Shown: positions 60,176 to 64,000 of the stretch, one piece after another
Position numbering within the stretch: the first letter of the stretch is position 1
Layout: each line of letters starts with the position of its first letter
Source of the DNA: Nitrosopumilaceae archaeon
Lineage (GTDB): Archaea; Thermoproteota; Nitrososphaeria; Nitrososphaerales; Nitrosopumilaceae
Length of the DNA stretch: 64,000 nt
Direction of reading: 5' to 3'
Assembly: GCA_965207375.1 (NCBI GenBank)
Contig: OZ242274.1
Location: 2,080,001 to 2,144,000, forward strand
Notes under the pieces: model-generated
What the model saw: the letters and a program-made list of their open reading frames with translations, nothing else
The model's database searches: none
What the model was told of the DNA's origin: nothing
Made by a program: the position numbers and the translations under genes

Positions 60176-61161
60176 GCGCGTAGCCTCTTGATTTTTGCGT
60201 GTTCCCTTTTGCGATTAAAGTCGCCCCCATCACGTAATTCGTGTCCAGTATAGGAAAGAAAAACGTCATCTAATGTAGGTCGAGTCAGTGAAATTGAGTC
60301 GATTCTAACTCCACAGTCTGCTGAAATTTGAAATATTTTAGGAATGACTCGGGCACCGTTTGCAGTAAAAACTGCAATTTTTTCATTTTGTATTTTGATG
60401 TCTTTGACATCATCTAGTTTTTTGATTCTAGACAGGAGACTCTGAGGCTCTGAATCAATAGTCAGGTGAATTATTTCCTGCCCCAATGCACTTTTCATAG
60501 ATTTTGGAGTATCAATTGCCTGAATTTTTCCGTGATCAACTATACCTATGCGGTCGCAGAGCTGATCTGCCTCCTCCATATAGTGGGTGGAGAGAAGGAT
60601 GCTCATTTTGTACTCTTTGTGAATTTCTCTAATGTACTTCCAGATTTTTCGCCTGGTCTGTATGTCTAGTCCTACTGTTGGCTCGTCTAAAAATAGGACG
60701 CTCGGCCTGTGAAGCAGTCCGCCTGCAATGTCAAGACGTTTTCTCATGCCGCCAGAATAGGTAATTACTGCATCATCTTGTTTATCGGTCAGTTCAATTA
60801 AATCCAAAATTTCATCGATTCTGCTGCCGATTATCTTTTTTTCAATATGGTTTAGTTTTGCTTGCAACAATAAATTTTCCCGACCTGTAAGGTATTCATC
60901 TACGGTTGTTTCTTGTTGTACATATCCAATGTGCTGCCTGACTTTTTTTGCATCACGTGTAACATCATAACCTGCAACTAGGGCCTGACCCGATGTTGGC
61001 TTTAACAGAGTGGTAAGAATCATCATGGTTGTACTTTTGCCTGCGCCGTTTGGTCCCAAAAATCCAAAGATTTCAGACTCTGCGATCTTGAGAGAGATGT
61101 TATCTACTGCTAAGACACCTCCAAATGATTTTGTCAGGGAACGTGTCTCTATTGAGTTCAA
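60172..61161 (-). CDS. ABC exporter ATP-binding protein (DrrA-like)
   Basis: GPNGAGKST, YSGGMRKR, LDEPTVGLD, PTLDDVF. Confidence 0.93.
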   Translation of the reverse strand: MNSIETRSLTKSFGGVLAVDNISLKIAESEIFGFLGPNGAGKSTTMMILTTLLKPTSGQALVAGYDVTRDAKKVRQHIGYVQQETTVDEYLTGRENLLLQAKLNHIEKKIIGSRIDEILDLIELTDKQDDAVITYSGGMRKRLDIAGGLLHRPSVLFLDEPTVGLDIQTRRKIWKYIREIHKEYKMSILLSTHYMEEADQLCDRIGIVDHGKIQAIDTPKSMKSALGQEIIHLTIDSEPQSLLSRIKKLDDVKDIKIQNEKIAVFTANGARVIPKIFQISADCGVRIDSISLTRPTLDDVFLSYTGHELRDGGDFNRKREHAKIKRLRA

Positions 61162-61263
61162 TAAAATTAAAAGATTTTTTCAATTATAAATTGCTAACAT
61201 TTGATTTCAGTCACGATGTATAAACATCATAAAAAATTTAAATTCAAAGTTTGAAGAGTCATT

Positions 61264-61359
61264 ATGAAGGCGCTGTGTCACAGGTGTAACGTATCAAATG
61301 TAAAAGTCGAGATAATAGACGGAATTCCGATCTGCAAAAAATGTCTGGAAAATAAATAA
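61264..61359 (+). CDS. 31-aa zinc-finger microprotein MKALCHRCNVSNVKVEIIDGIPICKKCLENK
   Basis: ATG..TAA ORF with CxxC-x15-CxxC; TTTAAA about 25 bp upstream; below the ORF-track size cutoff. Confidence 0.65.
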   Translation: MKALCHRCNVSNVKVEIIDGIPICKKCLENK

Positions 61360-61382
61360 AAAAGGTTTGAAAAACACGGAAT

Positions 61383-61835
61383 TTATTCCAGTGTTTTGTA
61401 TTCCTCTTTTGTGAGTTTTAAAATGATTTTTTCACCTACACCCCAAATTTCAGATTTGGAAACGATTTTGGAATGAACTAGGCCATCTTTGACCTCAATT
61501 GATTCCAGATCTCCGGTTTGTGGATTTTTGTGGAGTTTTTTTACTTTGCCGATTTTGTGACCGTCAATGTCAACTACTCCCACATGAATACGCACAGGTG
61601 AGGTGCTCAAAAGAAGTGTCTCTTCGGTGAATTTGTCAATGTAGCTGTCATTCAAAAAGTAATCCCTATTGAATCCCTGATGAATTGTTACTCCTGACAC
61701 CTTTAGAGTGTCCTGATGGATGTGAATGTGCTTTACTGTGCCGTATTTGATGCCTTCACGGTCAACTACGCGCTTGCCGGTAAAGGTATCGGCGGTGGCC
61801 ATCTTAGATGAGACGCCTGCTAGTTTTGTAGACAT
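61383..61835 (-). CDS. Tandem PRC-barrel domain protein
   Basis: GKRVVDREG...G.V and VVDIDGHKIGKV repeats. Confidence 0.85.
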   Translation of the reverse strand: MSTKLAGVSSKMATADTFTGKRVVDREGIKYGTVKHIHIHQDTLKVSGVTIHQGFNRDYFLNDSYIDKFTEETLLLSTSPVRIHVGVVDIDGHKIGKVKKLHKNPQTGDLESIEVKDGLVHSKIVSKSEIWGVGEKIILKLTKEEYKTLE

Positions 61836-61917
61836 GATATCAAATGCAGGAATTTGTTTATGATATACAATATCAGAAATTTCTAGCAATGGGGTTAAAT
61901 TACTTGATCAACGGATT

Positions 61918-62247
61918 TTGAGTGTGAAAAACAATTCTACGTTTATTGCTGTGCTGACAACTAGGGGTAGAATTTCAGGCAAAAAGCATTCAAAAATGCT
62001 AAAGGCTGTAAAATACAAGGATAAAATATACTTTTCAAGACACAGACCTGACAGTGACTGGTTCAAAAATGTAATGCAAAATAGACAAGTTACAGTTGAG
62101 ATTAACGGCAAAAAAACAGATGGGATTGCTGTACCGGTACATGATGAAAAACTATCACAAAAGATTTCAGAGTTAAAATACCCAGATCAATCCAGGGCAA
62201 AAGAGAAAAGAGTTGTCATAAAGGTTACACTATATGAACAATTGTAG
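61918..62247 (+). CDS. Deazaflavin (F420)-dependent nitroreductase-like split-barrel protein
   Basis: LTTRGRISGK, SDWFKN...N..VTV. Confidence 0.75.
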   Translation: MSVKNNSTFIAVLTTRGRISGKKHSKMLKAVKYKDKIYFSRHRPDSDWFKNVMQNRQVTVEINGKKTDGIAVPVHDEKLSQKISELKYPDQSRAKEKRVVIKVTLYEQL

Positions 62248-62872
62248 TAACGCCGCGTTTATCGTATTCGTTTCCATTTTCAACCTCTATTATAGTAACA
62301 GTAAATGAAATGACGTCGCGCTGTACTGCGTTTTCAGCATGTAATTTGAGATGAATGTCCAGAGTTTCATATTCTCCGGTAGGCAATTGTGTCTCGTCCA
62401 AAAATGCCTTACATGTTGATTCAATTCTGAATCTGTCATCCTTGAAATGAAATCCCAGTTTTGTTTTTCGCCCTTGTCTGCTTACGGCTTTGACATTTAC
62501 ATCAATTAGGCCCTGTTTTGCAAAGGTGTAGCTGGATTTGTTATTTATGAAAACTCCAATTTGAAATGGCTTGCCAGCTGTAGATTCTGCCATTTTTTGA
62601 ATGCCGTCATTCATCACAACATCTATGGATTTAATTGATGTTGCCACCTTGGCAATCCACTCATTAGATCGTATTATTGTAGCATCGATTTCGGCCCTGC
62701 GTTTTTTGTCTTCTGCTTCTGGTAACTGGTAATAATCAACCCATGCCTTGTAATCATTGGAGATTTCTTCTATAAAATCAATGCATGTGCGCTTGTAGTC
62801 ATCAGGATTATCGGTACGTTCTTCATCCTCACGCATACCGTCATAGTCCATAGGCATTGCCATATGTTCCAA
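62225..62872 (-). CDS. Hypothetical protein
   Basis: Clean 215-aa ORF. Confidence 0.75.
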   Translation of the reverse strand: MEHMAMPMDYDGMREDEERTDNPDDYKRTCIDFIEEISNDYKAWVDYYQLPEAEDKKRRAEIDATIIRSNEWIAKVATSIKSIDVVMNDGIQKMAESTAGKPFQIGVFINNKSSYTFAKQGLIDVNVKAVSRQGRKTKLGFHFKDDRFRIESTCKAFLDETQLPTGEYETLDIHLKLHAENAVQRDVISFTVTIIEVENGNEYDKRGVTTIVHIV

Positions 62873-63038
62873 AAATAGGCCTGATAAAAAAATCTAATCT
62901 CAAGGTACAATGGATAAATGCCCATCTATGTAAATTTCCGGGATCGCAGGATAAATTATCTACACCGCCAAACTTAATTTCAGAGAACTTTTACTATATC
63001 ATCTTTATTAGCATGTTTTACCTGAATATGCAATAACT

Positions 63039-64000
63039 TTGAAAAAAAGATTAAAGACGAAATCTGTGATGGCAATCTTATTTTCAGCATTGCTGTTAAT
63101 TCCTGCAATCTCTCTTAGCAATGCAGATGACTCTATTATAGCTACGACAAACTCGGATATACCTAATCCATTAAAGCAAATTCAAAACGGCACATCACTA
63201 GATGAGATTATGTGCAGAGATGACAGAATACTGATGCTGCGACCAAATTCAGAACCTGCTTGTGTATATGATACAACTGTAGGAAATCTAGAGATGCGCG
63301 GATGGAACATCTTTGTTGCCACTTTGGCAATAGGAAATACCAGCTCACCTGATGGTGATATTGCAATATCAAATTTCACTGGACATGATAAACTATTTTT
63401 AAACCCCAAGAACATAATAGATGCGATACCACAAGATGTGACATTTGACTACGAACTGAAAATGCCACCTGATGATCCCGATGCATTTGCAAAAAGAATG
63501 ATTGATTTTTTTAATGATACTCTGATAGAAATTACTCGTCATGAGGATATTAATAGATACGTTACAGAAAGAGGTTGGGTAGAAATTAGCAAAAATCCGG
63601 TGCTTATTAGTTATTTATCTGCCGAGTTTGTTTATACTTTTTATAGTGTTGGTAGAATAAACCCTGCACATGCAGATTCAGTAACTGATGCTCTGATAAA
63701 CGAATTGAGCATAACCATCGATGATACTGTGATCTATACTGAAGGTCATAGTTATGTGGATTATGACCACCGATGGACACAGACGTATGGTGACGAATAT
63801 ATAATTTATAGTAATGAAATAAGCACTGATTTTGAACCCGGCTATACTTTTATCAGAATCGGCTCGTGGAGCAGTGACTTATCTGAAATGCAGCTTTACA
63901 ACATAACAAAAGCATGGGATGATAATACTGAGTATATTTTCAGATATGCAGAACTGACAGGTCCTGAGTGCAATGTAGGGTATGATAAAGCATCAGGTAT
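63039..64000 (+). CDS. Secreted thaumarchaeal hypothetical protein, partial (runs off the window)
   Basis: Signal peptide then PLKQ..G....I.C...PACV......L..RGW motif; no stop seen before the edge. Confidence 0.7.
   Translation, partial: MKKRLKTKSVMAILFSALLLIPAISLSNADDSIIATTNSDIPNPLKQIQNGTSLDEIMCRDDRILMLRPNSEPACVYDTTVGNLEMRGWNIFVATLAIGNTSSPDGDIAISNFTGHDKLFLNPKNIIDAIPQDVTFDYELKMPPDDPDAFAKRMIDFFNDTLIEITRHEDINRYVTERGWVEISKNPVLISYLSAEFVYTFYSVGRINPAHADSVTDALINELSITIDDTVIYTEGHSYVDYDHRWTQTYGDEYIIYSNEISTDFEPGYTFIRIGSWSSDLSEMQLYNITKAWDDNTEYIFRYAELTGPECNVGYDKASG

Overview
This 64-kb window looks like a low-GC ammonia-oxidising archaeal (Nitrosopumilaceae-like) chromosome; that assignment is inferred from gene content. 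Housekeeping blocks: ilvB-ilvH-leuA-leuB; aIF-1A; scpA-scpB-rps8e-srp19-gar1-tfb; suf genes; two tetrapyrrole clusters (sirC-hemA-hemB with ahbAB and a chdC-like gene; hemL-hemC-cobA-hemD); pgk; ssb; an intron-containing tRNA-Leu(CAA). An anion-handling region carries arsR/arsC/aquaporin, sbtAB, pstSCAB and two phoU genes. The window is IS-rich: IS6, IS630, IS110, several ISH3 copies and a 100-bp ISH3-derived MITE. Best leads: (1) an unannotated 17-codon Val/Ile/Leu-rich uORF with hairpins in front of the ilv-leu operon, resembling a leader-peptide attenuator; (2) a repeat-bounded wHTH-protein plus nucleotidyltransferase module beside an HNH nuclease, a candidate defence or TA system; (3) a structured non-coding region upstream of the IS110 recombinase, a candidate bridge RNA; (4) a P-domain plus chymotrypsin-like protease split cleanly by IS630. 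All calls come from reading the sequence; no searches were run.
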